The notes under the pieces were generated by a model, which worked only from the letters and a program-made list of their open reading frames with translations, ran no database searches and had not been told where the DNA came from. A DNA stretch of 64,000 nt from a virus. This document shows, in pieces, positions 8,789-18,648 of this stretch (position 1 is the stretch's first letter; the number at the start of each line of letters is the position of its first letter). Position numbers and translations under genes: made by a program. The stretch lies in the IMG/VR virus record IMGVR_UViG_3300036820_000005, positions 1-64,000 of that record. One strand, written 5' to 3'.

Positions 8789-9940
8789 GTGAATATGACC
8801 GCCGGAACCACGGCACCCCCGCAGGTGCCGGAAACTGTCCCGTCCGTCCCGTCCGTCCCCGCCGAGCTGGCCGCGCCCGCCAAGGGCGGCAAGAAGCGAA
8901 AGCACCGCAAGAACCGCAGGTGGAAGCGCGGGGAGCCGACACCGCGGCTGAACAAGGCCGTCTCCCGGCTCCAGGCCGATCTGCCATCGGTCGCCAAGGG
9001 CCAGGACGGCAAGATCAACTACGAGGACAAGCAGGGCAACGCCGCCTCGTACGGCTACAAGTACGCGGACCTCGCCTCCGTCACCGACGCGATAAAGGCG
9101 CTGCTCGGCAAGCACGGTCTCGCCTACATCTGCCAGGTACACCGCGACCCGGCCGACAAGCGGCACCTGATCATGACCTGCACGCTCGCGCACGAGTCCG
9201 GTGAGGAGCGGACAGGCGACTGGTACGTCGGCCCGGCCGACTGGGCGGCGCAGAAGCTCGGCGGCCGGATCACCTACGGCCGCCGCTACCAGCTCGGATG
9301 CCTGTCCGGCGTCGTCGCCGAGCACGACGACGACGGCGCCGACGACCGGCGCTCCTACGACCGCGGCGGTCCCGGTGCTGCATTCGACCAGGCCGGCCGC
9401 CAGCGTCCCAGCCGGAACGGCAGCGGCCAGCAGGGCGCCGGCGAGATCGACAAGGTGGCGCAGAGCATCACCCAGGCCGCGCTCAGGATCGCCGCCGACC
9501 CGAACAAGACCGTCGCCGACCTGGAAGTCTTCGAGAAGCAGATAGCCGGTAAAGGCAAGCTCGACGCGCCCGTCCCGAACCCGTTCGGCGACGGCCTGGT
9601 GAAGGCCAGGGACGTCCTCCGCGAGGCCAGGAAGCGGATGGAAGCCGACCCGTCCGGGCACGGCGCCAGCCCCGCGGCCGACCAGGACGCTGACAACGCC
9701 GCCGCCGCCGGAGAACAGGACGCCGAGCACGCGTGGGTCGCCCGGTTCCTCGGCTCCCTCGACGGCCTGACCAGCGAGCAGATCACCGGCAAGCGGCCCG
9801 AGATCGCCCAGGCTGTCCGCGACAAGGTCATCACCCCGCAGGTAGCGACGGAAGTGTCCGCCGACCTGAACCGGATCCGCCGCGAACGCGAGGAGTCCGA
9901 GCAGGCCGTGCAGGACCAGGAAGCGGCGGCAGAGTCATGA
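8789..9940 (+). CDS. ERF-family ssDNA-annealing protein
   Basis: YKYADLASV.DAIK.LL.KHGL and QKLGGRITYGRRYQL..LSGV..E.DDDG. Confidence 0.88.
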   Translation: MNMTAGTTAPPQVPETVPSVPSVPAELAAPAKGGKKRKHRKNRRWKRGEPTPRLNKAVSRLQADLPSVAKGQDGKINYEDKQGNAASYGYKYADLASVTDAIKALLGKHGLAYICQVHRDPADKRHLIMTCTLAHESGEERTGDWYVGPADWAAQKLGGRITYGRRYQLGCLSGVVAEHDDDGADDRRSYDRGGPGAAFDQAGRQRPSRNGSGQQGAGEIDKVAQSITQAALRIAADPNKTVADLEVFEKQIAGKGKLDAPVPNPFGDGLVKARDVLREARKRMEADPSGHGASPAADQDADNAAAAGEQDAEHAWVARFLGSLDGLTSEQITGKRPEIAQAVRDKVITPQVATEVSADLNRIRREREESEQAVQDQEAAAES

Positions 9941-10608
9941 CCGCAGACCAGGACGCCCAGCCGGAACCCACGGCCGGTGACGTAGCGGCCGTGGAGCAGC
10001 CCGCGGACCTGCCGGAAATCGAGAGGAGGGCGCAGGCGTTCGGTGTCCGCCTGCTGGTCCTGGACCAGCAGGTGCTCCGCGCCAAGCAGGCCTACGACGC
10101 CGCGTGCAGGGAGGCGTACGGGGACTTCGCCCGGCTCCGCAACGCGGGCATCCCGCAGGTAGCCCCGGATCTCGGCCAGGGCCGGGCAGGCCTGTTCTCG
10201 CTGCTCTCGGGCGGCAAGACGACCGTCCCCGACGAGGACGAGCTGCTGCTGCTGTACGCGGTCAACAGCCCCGGCGACCTGGAGGACCGCGTCCTGCCTG
10301 CAGCGTTCGGCGACGACCGGGTGATCAAGTTGCTTAGGGAACACTTTCCCGAGTTCGTCGAGGTCCGCATCAAGCCGGCAGTCCGCGCCGACATCGACAA
10401 GGAGATCGACAGGCGGAACGGCTGGGTGCCGACGCCCGGTACCGGCGAGCTGGTGAAGGTAGCCGAGGTCACCCCCCGCGACGCCAACGGGAAATTCCAG
10501 CTCCGGCCCGACGCCCGCGTCCAGCAGATGATCACGGCCGCTATCGAGTCGGGCCGCATCACCGAAGACGGCCAGCTCATCGAGCCGTCAGAAAGCGAGG
10601 AGAAGTGA
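9937..10608 (+). CDS. Hypothetical phage protein
   Basis: ATGA/GTGA coupling on both sides. Confidence 0.7.
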   Translation: MTADQDAQPEPTAGDVAAVEQPADLPEIERRAQAFGVRLLVLDQQVLRAKQAYDAACREAYGDFARLRNAGIPQVAPDLGQGRAGLFSLLSGGKTTVPDEDELLLLYAVNSPGDLEDRVLPAAFGDDRVIKLLREHFPEFVEVRIKPAVRADIDKEIDRRNGWVPTPGTGELVKVAEVTPRDANGKFQLRPDARVQQMITAAIESGRITEDGQLIEPSESEEK

Positions 10609-12065
10609 CCGCCGCCCTCAGCCCCACCGGGGAGCAGCAGGAGATCCTTGACACGTTCCCCTGCGACGGCAACCTGGTCATCGCAGCCAGGGCCGGGACC
10701 GGTAAGACCGCCACGCTGCAGATGCTCGCCGAGTCGACCCGGCACCGGGGGAAGTACATCGCATACAACAAGGCCCCTGTCGTTGAGGCTAGGGCCAGGT
10801 TCCCCAAGAACGTCGATTGCACGACGGCTCACGCGCTGGCGTACCGGCCGGTCGGCGTGAAGTACAAGGACCGGCTCGACGCGGAGCGGGTGCCGCTCGC
10901 GAAGGCCGCCCGGATCCTGCAGATCAACTACGCGGTGACGTTTGACGACAAGGTGCTCCAGCCCGCGCAGGTTGCCCGGCTGGCGATGGAGACGGTGGAG
11001 CGGTTCTGCCACTCGGCCGACCCGGAGCTAGGGAAGTGGCACGTGCCCGTAGTGGCCGGGCTAGACGGCGACGCCCATAAGGCAGCGGTCCGCCAGGCAG
11101 TGTTCCCGCTGGCCGTGCGGGTGTGGGACGACCTGCAGAAGACCAGGGGCGAGTTCCGGTTCACCCCCGACCACTTCCTGAAGATCTGGGCACTCGGCAA
11201 CCCGGTGATCTCCGGCGACTTCGCCCTGTACGACGAGGCCCAGGATGCCGACCGGGTGATGCTCGGCGTGATGCTCCTGCAGGGCTTGAAGGTGGTCGCG
11301 GTCGGCGACCCGTGCCAGGCGATCTACGGCTGGCGCGGCGCGGTCGACGCGCTCGACCAGTTCGACGCGAAGCACCGGCTGTACCTCGCCAAGTCGTTCC
11401 GGTTCGACCAGCTGATCGCGGACGAGGGAAACGTATGGCTGCAGCTGCTGGGCGCTGAGCCGCTGGTCACGGGAGTGAGCAAGACCCCGTCGACTGTCGG
11501 TCCGCTGGACTTGCCGCGGGCCATCCTGTGCCGCACGAATGGCGGGGCGATGAGCGCGGTGCTCGGGCAGATGGCGCAGCACCGCCGGGTATACCTGGTC
11601 GGCGGCGGCGAGGATATCCGCCGGTTTGCTGAGGCGGCGATCGACCTGAAGGCCGGACGGACTACGACTCACCCGGAGCTGTGCGCGTTCCTGAACTGGG
11701 GTCAGGTCCAGGAGTATGTCGCCGAGGCACATGACGGCAAAGAGCTGAAGGTGTCCGTCGACCTGATCGACCGTTACGGCCCGGACATGATCATCGCGAC
11801 GGTGGGCCGGCTCGCATGGAAGCCCGACCGCGCTGACGTGACGGTCGCTACGGCCCACAGGACGAAGGGGCTGGAGTTCGAGTCGGTCCAGATCGGCAGT
11901 GACTTCCACGAGCCGGAGGAGACCGAGGACGGCGGGCTGGGGGAGTGGTCCCGTGAGGAGCTGATGCTGAACTACGTCGCCATGACCAGGGCGAAGCGGG
12001 CGCTCGACCTGGGCGGCCTGGCGGGGGGCCGCAAGTACCTCAAGACCCCTTCGCTATGCCCGTGA
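10605..12065 (+). CDS. UvrD/Rep-like superfamily 1 helicase
   Basis: ARAGTGKT, YDEAQD, VGDPCQAIYGWRGA, SFRF, TAHRTKGLEF, YVAMTRAK. Confidence 0.93.
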   Translation: MTAALSPTGEQQEILDTFPCDGNLVIAARAGTGKTATLQMLAESTRHRGKYIAYNKAPVVEARARFPKNVDCTTAHALAYRPVGVKYKDRLDAERVPLAKAARILQINYAVTFDDKVLQPAQVARLAMETVERFCHSADPELGKWHVPVVAGLDGDAHKAAVRQAVFPLAVRVWDDLQKTRGEFRFTPDHFLKIWALGNPVISGDFALYDEAQDADRVMLGVMLLQGLKVVAVGDPCQAIYGWRGAVDALDQFDAKHRLYLAKSFRFDQLIADEGNVWLQLLGAEPLVTGVSKTPSTVGPLDLPRAILCRTNGGAMSAVLGQMAQHRRVYLVGGGEDIRRFAEAAIDLKAGRTTTHPELCAFLNWGQVQEYVAEAHDGKELKVSVDLIDRYGPDMIIATVGRLAWKPDRADVTVATAHRTKGLEFESVQIGSDFHEPEETEDGGLGEWSREELMLNYVAMTRAKRALDLGGLAGGRKYLKTPSLCP

Positions 12066-12107
12066 CTTCTACATAGTGTAGAAGTATGTTCTACGAAAGG
12101 AGGGAGC

Positions 12108-12518
12108 ATGGGGCGCGGCCCGAAAGGGAAGGGCACCCGGGCCAGGCTGGACGACCTGGCCTGGGCCGACTGCACGCTCGAGGAAATGTCGGCGGCCTCC
12201 GGGCTGGCCGTCGACAGGATCGACCGGCTGTACGACGACCCTGTCTCAGCCAGTGCGGCCGAAGTCCAGGCGCTGCTCCGGGCACACCGGCTGCTGTGCC
12301 CGGACGTCGACGAGATGCTGGTCGAACGGTTCATCGCCGGGGACCCGCCGCCGGATTGCCGGCCGAACATCCCGGAGCGCCGCGAGATCGTCCGGCAGCT
12401 GTTCCTGAACCGGTGGTCGCACCGGGAGATCGCCCAGCGGGTCTGCACTAACCACCGGACGGTCGACCGGATCCTCAACGAGCTCGGCCTCACCGAGGAC
12501 CGGCGGGTGACCGGATGA
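12108..12518 (+). CDS. HTH DNA-binding protein
   Basis: C-terminal WSHREIAQRVCTNHRTVDRIL; preceded by three TTCTAC/GTAGAA motifs. Confidence 0.7.
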   Translation: MGRGPKGKGTRARLDDLAWADCTLEEMSAASGLAVDRIDRLYDDPVSASAAEVQALLRAHRLLCPDVDEMLVERFIAGDPPPDCRPNIPERREIVRQLFLNRWSHREIAQRVCTNHRTVDRILNELGLTEDRRVTG

Positions 12519-12601
12519 GCCAGCGGCCGGGCGGGACCGGCGATCCGCGCAACCTCCAGACGCTCTGCCAGCCCTGCAACTCGCGGAAGCGGGACCGGTA
12601 G
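12515..12601 (+). pseudogene. Remnant C-terminal half of an HNH endonuclease (28 aa)
   Basis: MSQRPGGTGDPRNLQTLCQPCNSRKRDR; lacks the upstream DH motif. Confidence 0.65.
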
Positions 12602-12603
12602 CG

Positions 12604-13227
12604 ATGGAAGACGGGCTGAGGAGACGGACATCCCGGTCGTTTAGCCAGGTCCCCGAAGACCTGATCTGCGACCAGCGGGTTACCGACCGGGGTGTCCGTC
12701 TGTGGGCTCTCCTCGACCGGTGCTGCAAGGGCATCACGGTGTCCATGCCCACGCGGCAGATGCTAGCGATCCTTCTAGGCTGCTCGCTTCGCAGCCTGGA
12801 CTACGCGATGGCGTCTCTGCTGGACAACGGGTGGATCACGCGGCAAAGCGGACGCCGGGAAGGCCGCCCGAGCATCTATGAGCTGATCGAGGACACGCCT
12901 GAGGGGTGCGCAAAATCTTGCGCACCCCTGGCTCGCAACGGGTTGCAGTCCCCCTTGCAAAATGTTGCAGCCCTCAAGCCGGTTAACCAGCGGAAACACG
13001 GGGCTGAGAGTAAGAGAGAAAACCCCCCTACCCCCCCGACTGGCGTCGGGGGGAACCGCGATCACCACGGCCAGCACAAACGGTGCCGCCTCTGCGGGAC
13101 AGCCGGACGGCCGAAGTGTGACCCGGAGAGTCCTCTGCGGCTGAGCGAGCGGTGCCGGGCTGGCGACGGGCCGAACTGCGCCTGGCGCGACTGCGAGTGT
13201 CCGCACCACCCAGGGAGGCCGTCATGA
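12604..13227 (+). CDS. Phage replication initiator-like HTH protein
   Basis: FSQVP..LI.D..V.D..VRLWALL followed by a winged HTH; internal DNA repeats. Confidence 0.75.
   Translation: MEDGLRRRTSRSFSQVPEDLICDQRVTDRGVRLWALLDRCCKGITVSMPTRQMLAILLGCSLRSLDYAMASLLDNGWITRQSGRREGRPSIYELIEDTPEGCAKSCAPLARNGLQSPLQNVAALKPVNQRKHGAESKRENPPTPPTGVGGNRDHHGQHKRCRLCGTAGRPKCDPESPLRLSERCRAGDGPNCAWRDCECPHHPGRPS
12905..13040. repeat. Candidate replication origin iterons inside the initiator gene
   Basis: Three GCAA-N4-TTGC dyads (GCGCAAAATCTTGCGC, CGCAACGGGTTGCA, TGCAAAATGTTGCA), then an A-rich purine tract. Confidence 0.6.
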
Positions 13228-13706
13228 CCCATCCTCCGGTCTGTTCTGCCGGGTCTGAGCTGGTCGACCTGGTGGTGACGATGCGCGGCTGGGACTACGA
13301 CGAGATCTGGCGCGTGATCGGGATCTGCCAGGGGAACGGGTGGCGATTCTCCCAGATCGCCCTGGAAATGACCCGTCTCGCCATCATCAGCGGCACCCAG
13401 CCCAAGCAGCTGACCGGCACGCTGTTGCCGCGGCAGCGGAAACGCGCCCCCGTGGCCGACGTCCACCCGGCAACCGGGAAACTCGTCGTCCTGGCTCTCC
13501 AGATGCGGCACGACTGGGAGGAAGCGCAGCTCCGCCGCGCGCTTGCAGTGTGCCACCGGTCAGGCTGGCCGTTCGCTCAGGCCGCGCTTGAGCTGGTGCA
13601 GCTCGCGACGATCCCGGACAGCGAGCCGCGCGACCTGGAAGCAGCCGCCGCCAGCCCGTTCTCGCGGTGGACCACCGCCAGCCGGCGGTCGGCGCGACGT
13701 GGGTAG
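13224..13706 (+). CDS. Hypothetical protein with an internal two-fold repeat
   Basis: LVDLVVTMRGWD...C.GNGWRFSQIALE vs LVVLALQMRHDW...CHRSGWPFAQAALE. Confidence 0.7.
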   Translation: MTHPPVCSAGSELVDLVVTMRGWDYDEIWRVIGICQGNGWRFSQIALEMTRLAIISGTQPKQLTGTLLPRQRKRAPVADVHPATGKLVVLALQMRHDWEEAQLRRALAVCHRSGWPFAQAALELVQLATIPDSEPRDLEAAAASPFSRWTTASRRSARRG

Positions 13707-14241
13707 GGTGCCGACCCGGCAGGAGTACCGGGAGATGGTCGACGAGGCCGCCGCCGAGGTGGAGGAGCTGGTGAACCTCCCGCCGGACACGCCGCGGGCC
13801 GTGAACCGGCTGGCGGGCGGGCAGCTCGGCCGGAAAGAGCCGAAGCTCGCACGCAAGTCTCGCCTCGCCCGGGCGCATTCGCCGAAGCGGCGCACCCGGC
13901 CGGGCGCCCTGGTCAAGGAATCCGAGTTCCAGGAAATGCGTCAGATGGTGTTCGAGCGGGCCGGGCAGCGGTGCGAGAAATGCGGGAAACACCGCGGCGA
14001 GGTGGGGGTTCTACACGCCCACCACCGGCAGCTCCTGTCCCGGTCCGGGGAGGACCGGCCCGCGAACCTGGCCTCGCTCTGCCCGGAGTGCCACGAATGG
14101 TGCCACCGCAACGTCCTGGCTGCCACCGGGCTTGGCTTTATCGTCCCATCGAGAGCCGACCCGGCGCGGCGCGGGATGCACCTGCACGACGGCCGGCTGG
14201 TCCTCCTCGACGACCAGGGCGGCTACGCCCTAGCCGCCTGA
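13699..14241 (+). CDS. HNH endonuclease
   Basis: CEKCG...HAHHRQ..SRSG.D..ANLASLCPECHEWCH. Confidence 0.85.
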   Translation: MGRVPTRQEYREMVDEAAAEVEELVNLPPDTPRAVNRLAGGQLGRKEPKLARKSRLARAHSPKRRTRPGALVKESEFQEMRQMVFERAGQRCEKCGKHRGEVGVLHAHHRQLLSRSGEDRPANLASLCPECHEWCHRNVLAATGLGFIVPSRADPARRGMHLHDGRLVLLDDQGGYALAA

Positions 14242-14263
14242 CCAGAGCGAAAAGCGGGGAACT

Positions 14264-14977
14264 GTGACTGAGATCGCCGAGCGTGTCGCTGCATCCATCG
14301 ACCTGACATCCGCGCCGCTGCGCGACGTCGAGAACTACATCGCGCCCCGGCTCCGCGGGTTCGTCGAGGCCGGGTTCGCGCTGCTGGCGGTCAGGGAGAG
14401 ACGCCTGTACCTCCAGGGCGGGTTCGACACGTTCGACGCCTACTGCCGGGTGCGGTGGGGGATCGAGGAACGCCACGCCCGCCACATGTGCGACGCCGCC
14501 CAGGTCGCCCACATCACCGCCGGTTCTACTGGCGGAACAGCTGTTCAGACGGTAGAGAACGAGGCGCAGGCGCGGGAACTGGCACCGCTGCTCGGCAAGC
14601 CCGACCAGCTGATCGACGTCTGGCAGAGGACCGTCGAGCGGGCCGAGCAGACCGGCGTGCTGGTCACCGGGCCGCTGATCCGCCAGGTCCGCCGCGAGCA
14701 TGAGCGCCTGCAGGCCTCCCCGCAGCCCCGGCCCGCCCCGGCGCCGCGGGTGACCCCGCCGCCGGCGCGGCCGGTCCCCGTGGTGATCCCGCCCGACGCG
14801 AACCGCATGTTCGGCCTGCTCACCCAGGCGGCTGAGGAGGCCAGGTCGCTCGGCGGCGCCGACCTGGTCCGCGTGAACGGCATCCCGGCCAGCGTGCTGT
14901 CGGCCTGGGCTGCCGGGTACGACGACGTCGCAGCCCTGTGCACCGCGCTCGCGGGAGCGTGCCGGGACCAGGCGTGA
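14264..14977 (+). CDS. Phage hypothetical protein (DUF3102-like N-terminus)
   Basis: FVEAG.ALL.VRERRLY...FDTFDAYC..RWG pattern. Confidence 0.65.
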   Translation: MTEIAERVAASIDLTSAPLRDVENYIAPRLRGFVEAGFALLAVRERRLYLQGGFDTFDAYCRVRWGIEERHARHMCDAAQVAHITAGSTGGTAVQTVENEAQARELAPLLGKPDQLIDVWQRTVERAEQTGVLVTGPLIRQVRREHERLQASPQPRPAPAPRVTPPPARPVPVVIPPDANRMFGLLTQAAEEARSLGGADLVRVNGIPASVLSAWAAGYDDVAALCTALAGACRDQA

Positions 14978-15384
14978 CCCTGCCCGCCTGGATGAAAGCG
15001 GCGGCCTGCATCCCCTACATTGCGGCAGGCCGGGACCTGTGGCACCCCGACGAGGACCTGCCGTCCCGTGCCCGGGCCGCCATGTACGAGGAGGCCCGCA
15101 CCGTCTGCGCGGGCTGCCCCGTCCAGGTTCAGTGCGGCCGCCGCGGCCTGGTGCTGCTGGCCACTGAGGGGCTGGACAGCAGCATGTACGGCGGGATGAC
15201 CCCGGACGAGCTGCGGGGCCTGGCACGCGCGCTCGGCCTGCCGTCCCGCAAGGTCGCCCAGCACGGCACCCGCGCCTGCTACGTGAACAACAACTGCGGC
15301 AGGCCGGAATGCACCGAGGCGAACACCCGGTACGAGTCCGACCGGCGCGCGCAGAAGGCATTCCGCAACCGCGCAAATCCGTAG
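14974..15384 (+). CDS. whiB: WhiB-family transcription factor with C-terminal HGT..C..C domain
   Basis: W...AAC...CAGCPVQVQC...MYGGMTPDELR. Confidence 0.85.
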   Translation: MTLPAWMKAAACIPYIAAGRDLWHPDEDLPSRARAAMYEEARTVCAGCPVQVQCGRRGLVLLATEGLDSSMYGGMTPDELRGLARALGLPSRKVAQHGTRACYVNNNCGRPECTEANTRYESDRRAQKAFRNRANP

Positions 15385-15597
15385 AAATTCAGCGGCCATT
15401 CTCTTGTCTACCTGGCGTTTTCTACATAGGATTAATGAAAGTTCTACATAAGCCAGGTGGCCGCCGCGTCCAACCGCTAGCTGAGATGCCCGGTGGCTGT
15501 TCCCGCAGGCCACCGGGCATTTTCTACGGATTCCACTTGTCGTAGAGTTCTACGTTTCATAGGATTTAATTACACACTATGTAGAAAGGAGTTGCCC
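15380..15597 (+). promoter_or_regulatory. AT-rich promoter/operator region of the DNA-protection operon
   Basis: Six TTCTAC/GTAGAA motifs; AAAGGAG RBS before GTG 15598. Confidence 0.65.
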
Positions 15598-16053
15598 GTG
15601 AACGACCCTGCCGGAACCCCGCCGGAACAGCCTGTGAACGTCCTGGCAGAGAGCCTGCCAAGGCTCGTGACCTGCTCCTACACCGGCTACCGGCGAGACA
15701 TGGGAACCGCCGTGCGGACCTCCCTCGGCGCCCCCCGGTTCATCACCCTCCCGAACCCGCAATGGTCCACGTACAGCAGGTGGCCGTACATCGCAGAGCT
15801 GGCCCCCCGCCAGGACTACATGAAGGCCCCCTACGACACGTTCCGCGCCCGCTACCTCGACCAGCTGGACACGTGGTCAGCGGACATCCTCCGCAAGCTC
15901 ACCTGGATCCCCGCCGAGCACGGCGCGCTGTGCCTCCTCTGCTTCGAGAAGGCGCCGCTCACCACCGCCAACTGGTGCCACCGCAGGCTCACCGCCGAAT
16001 GGTTCCAGACCCGGTACGGCATCACCGTCCCCGAGATGGACGTCCGCAGGTGA
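15598..16053 (+). CDS. DUF488-family protein
   Basis: ELAP...F.ARYL.QL...LLCFEK.....WCHRRL.AEW. Confidence 0.75.
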   Translation: MNDPAGTPPEQPVNVLAESLPRLVTCSYTGYRRDMGTAVRTSLGAPRFITLPNPQWSTYSRWPYIAELAPRQDYMKAPYDTFRARYLDQLDTWSADILRKLTWIPAEHGALCLLCFEKAPLTTANWCHRRLTAEWFQTRYGITVPEMDVRR

Positions 16054-16099
16054 ACCCGCCCGCCTGCCTCATCAGCCACCAACCGGAAGGAGACACCGC

Positions 16100-17686
16100 A
16101 TGACCGGGACAGTGACAACAATCAGCCCCCCCAGGGCGGCCATCACGATCCGGCACACCCACCAGGACGGGACGCTTGTCTACGGCACCGAGAAGGGGGA
16201 CGGCGTCTACGAACTGATCGGCCCCCGGACCACCGCCCGGTTCCGGTTCTTCCCGTCGATCAAGAGGATCGGGCTCGCCCAGTCCCGCGACCACCTGGCC
16301 AACCGCTACCAGATCGACGCGGCGCGCAAGGCGCTGGAGACGGCCGGGTTCGAGGTCAACGTCGAGATCGACGACACGCCCCGCGACGCCGGCGACGTCA
16401 AAGCCGACCGGGCGGAACGCCTGGACACCCGCTATGAGCGGCTGACCGCGAAGGCGGAACGGAACCTGGCCGAGGCTGAGGCCCGCAGGGCGCGTGCCGA
16501 TGAACTCGAATCAGGACGCTCGCCGATCCGGGCAGGCCACCACTCCGAACGCCACGCCAGGGCGGTCCGGAAACGCGTCGACCAGAACGACAGGGCAGCG
16601 GACGCCGCGCTCAGCGAGGCTGAGCGCGCCTCCAGGGCCGCGGCCGTGGTCGGCGACGCGGACGCCTACCGGGAACGCCCCTCGGTGATCCGCCGCCGCA
16701 TCGACAAGACCCAGGCTGAGATCCGCATCCTGCCGAAACGCTGGACGGATCACGTGCTATGGCAGGTAGTACGCAAGCAGGAGCCTGACCCGGCGTACAA
16801 GGAGGAACTGGAGGCGCGGCGGGTATTCCTCGAGCACCAGCTGGAGGCTGACCGTGCGGCCCTGGCCGCGCATGTGGCTAACGGGTACGTCCTGCTGACC
16901 TGCGACAGCCTGCATAAGGGCGACACGGTGACCTGGTCGACACGGTTCGGTGAGAACGCGGTAGTGACCCGGGTAAACCCCAAGACCGTCACGCTGAACC
17001 GGGACCGCTGGCCCCGCATCCTGCCGTACGAGCAGATCAAGACGGTCGACTGCCCGCATCAGGGCGCCACGGTCACCGTCCGGGCACCGAGGCGGGAGCG
17101 GCGGCCGAGGCCCGCGCCGGTCACGATTGACCGGCTGCCCGTGCGCGAGGCGCCGCTGGTCGTGGACGGGTCAGCCGAGTACTACCCGACCCCGGCCGAC
17201 GTGGCCGAGCTGATGATCGACATGGCCGGGCTTGAGGCTGGCATGACGGTGCTGGAACCGTCAGCCGGCCTGGGCGCGATCGCTGCGAAGGCAGCGCCGC
17301 TGGTCGCCTCGGTTCACTGCATCGAACGGGACTGGCAACTCGCCGAGCGGCTGCGCGCCACGGGGATCGGCGACGTGCGGTGCGCCGACTTCCTCGAAGT
17401 CCCGCCCGAACCGTATGACCGGGTGCTGATGAACCCGCCGTTCGGTGACGGCGCGGATCTGCGGCACGTCCTCCATGCCGAGCTGTTCCTGAAGCCCGGC
17501 GGCCGGCTGCTGTCGGTAATGGCGGCCGGGGTCGAGTTCCGGCAGGACCGCAAGTGGGCAGCCTTCCGTTCCCTGGTCGAGGGGCGCGGCGGCTGGATCA
17601 CCCGGCTACCCGACGACTCGTTCAAGCAGGCCGGGACCGGTGTCGGCACCGTCATCGTCGTGATCCCCGCGAGGGACACGCAATGA
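16100..17686 (+). CDS. DUF3560 domain fused to an N6-adenine-type DNA methyltransferase
   Basis: PIRAGHHSERHAR (DUF3560); YYPTP, VLEPSAGLG and MNPPF methyltransferase motifs. Confidence 0.85.
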   Translation: MTGTVTTISPPRAAITIRHTHQDGTLVYGTEKGDGVYELIGPRTTARFRFFPSIKRIGLAQSRDHLANRYQIDAARKALETAGFEVNVEIDDTPRDAGDVKADRAERLDTRYERLTAKAERNLAEAEARRARADELESGRSPIRAGHHSERHARAVRKRVDQNDRAADAALSEAERASRAAAVVGDADAYRERPSVIRRRIDKTQAEIRILPKRWTDHVLWQVVRKQEPDPAYKEELEARRVFLEHQLEADRAALAAHVANGYVLLTCDSLHKGDTVTWSTRFGENAVVTRVNPKTVTLNRDRWPRILPYEQIKTVDCPHQGATVTVRAPRRERRPRPAPVTIDRLPVREAPLVVDGSAEYYPTPADVAELMIDMAGLEAGMTVLEPSAGLGAIAAKAAPLVASVHCIERDWQLAERLRATGIGDVRCADFLEVPPEPYDRVLMNPPFGDGADLRHVLHAELFLKPGGRLLSVMAAGVEFRQDRKWAAFRSLVEGRGGWITRLPDDSFKQAGTGVGTVIVVIPARDTQ

Positions 17687-18141
17687 GCGACGACGACGTT
17701 AAGACGACCGAACGTTGGGTCTACGCGGGCGTCAGGATCGGTTCCGGCGGTAAGCGGGTCTGCACGTGGATCGACCCGTCCGGCCACACGCTGCGGTACG
17801 TCGAGCGGAATGCCGACGCCGTGATCGGCGCCCGCTATGAGGCCACCGTCACGCGCGACGGCGGCAAGTGCAACCTCTGGGGTCAGCCCAGGTTTGTCGA
17901 GAAGCCGGATCACGACGACCCGAAGGTGGCCGAATACGCGACCGCCGACCGGATCGCCAAGATCCGGCTGGCCAGGGCCCAGATAGAACGCAGCGCCGCC
18001 AAGATAGACGCCTTGGAGGCCGCCCTCGCGCCGATTGAGGAACTGGCCGCAAGCTACCGCAACCAAGCCAACCTGGACGCCCTGGTGGCGTACGTGTCGC
18101 GGCGGATCCACAACGCCTACTTCAACCGGGGCAGACGGTGA
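17683..18141 (+). CDS. Hypothetical protein
   Basis: Coupled ATGA/GTGA overlaps. Confidence 0.65.
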   Translation: MSDDDVKTTERWVYAGVRIGSGGKRVCTWIDPSGHTLRYVERNADAVIGARYEATVTRDGGKCNLWGQPRFVEKPDHDDPKVAEYATADRIAKIRLARAQIERSAAKIDALEAALAPIEELAASYRNQANLDALVAYVSRRIHNAYFNRGRR

Positions 18142-18401
18142 GGGCCTGGTTGAGGCGCCGCCTGGACGTGCTGTGCGGGCCGGTGCCGATCGTGCCGGGC
18201 ATGTGGTGGTTCGGCCGGGCGGGCAGGGAGACGATGCTGGCCGCGCTCGAAGACGCCTCGTATTACCGCAGCGACGGGCACATGGCCTGCGACACCTGCA
18301 CCGACACCGAGCCGTGCGGAGAACACGTCCCGGACCTGGCCATAGCCGACACGTACGACGACCTGAACGCCCGCCTGTCGCGGGCTGGACAAAGGAGGTA
18401 A
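18138..18401 (+). CDS. Small Cys/His hypothetical protein
   Basis: CDTC...C.EH motif; coupled start. Confidence 0.55.
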   Translation: MRAWLRRRLDVLCGPVPIVPGMWWFGRAGRETMLAALEDASYYRSDGHMACDTCTDTEPCGEHVPDLAIADTYDDLNARLSRAGQRR

Positions 18402-18648
18402 CCGATGAGGGCTCTCGCCGGGGCGCTCGCCCTGCATATCGCCGCCGCCGCCGACCGCGCAGTCGGCCGGCGGAATCTGCGGCGTCTCCGGCGGGAAGCC
18501 CGGTACTGCCCGTGAACGGCCTCATAGCCCACTGGTGGTGGGTGCCGTGCGTCCTCATGGCGGCCGCCTGGGCCGGTGTGTCCCTGCACCGGGCCGGGCG
18601 ACTCGCCGACCGCCTATCCCACGTTGACCGACTTGGAGAAGAACGCTG

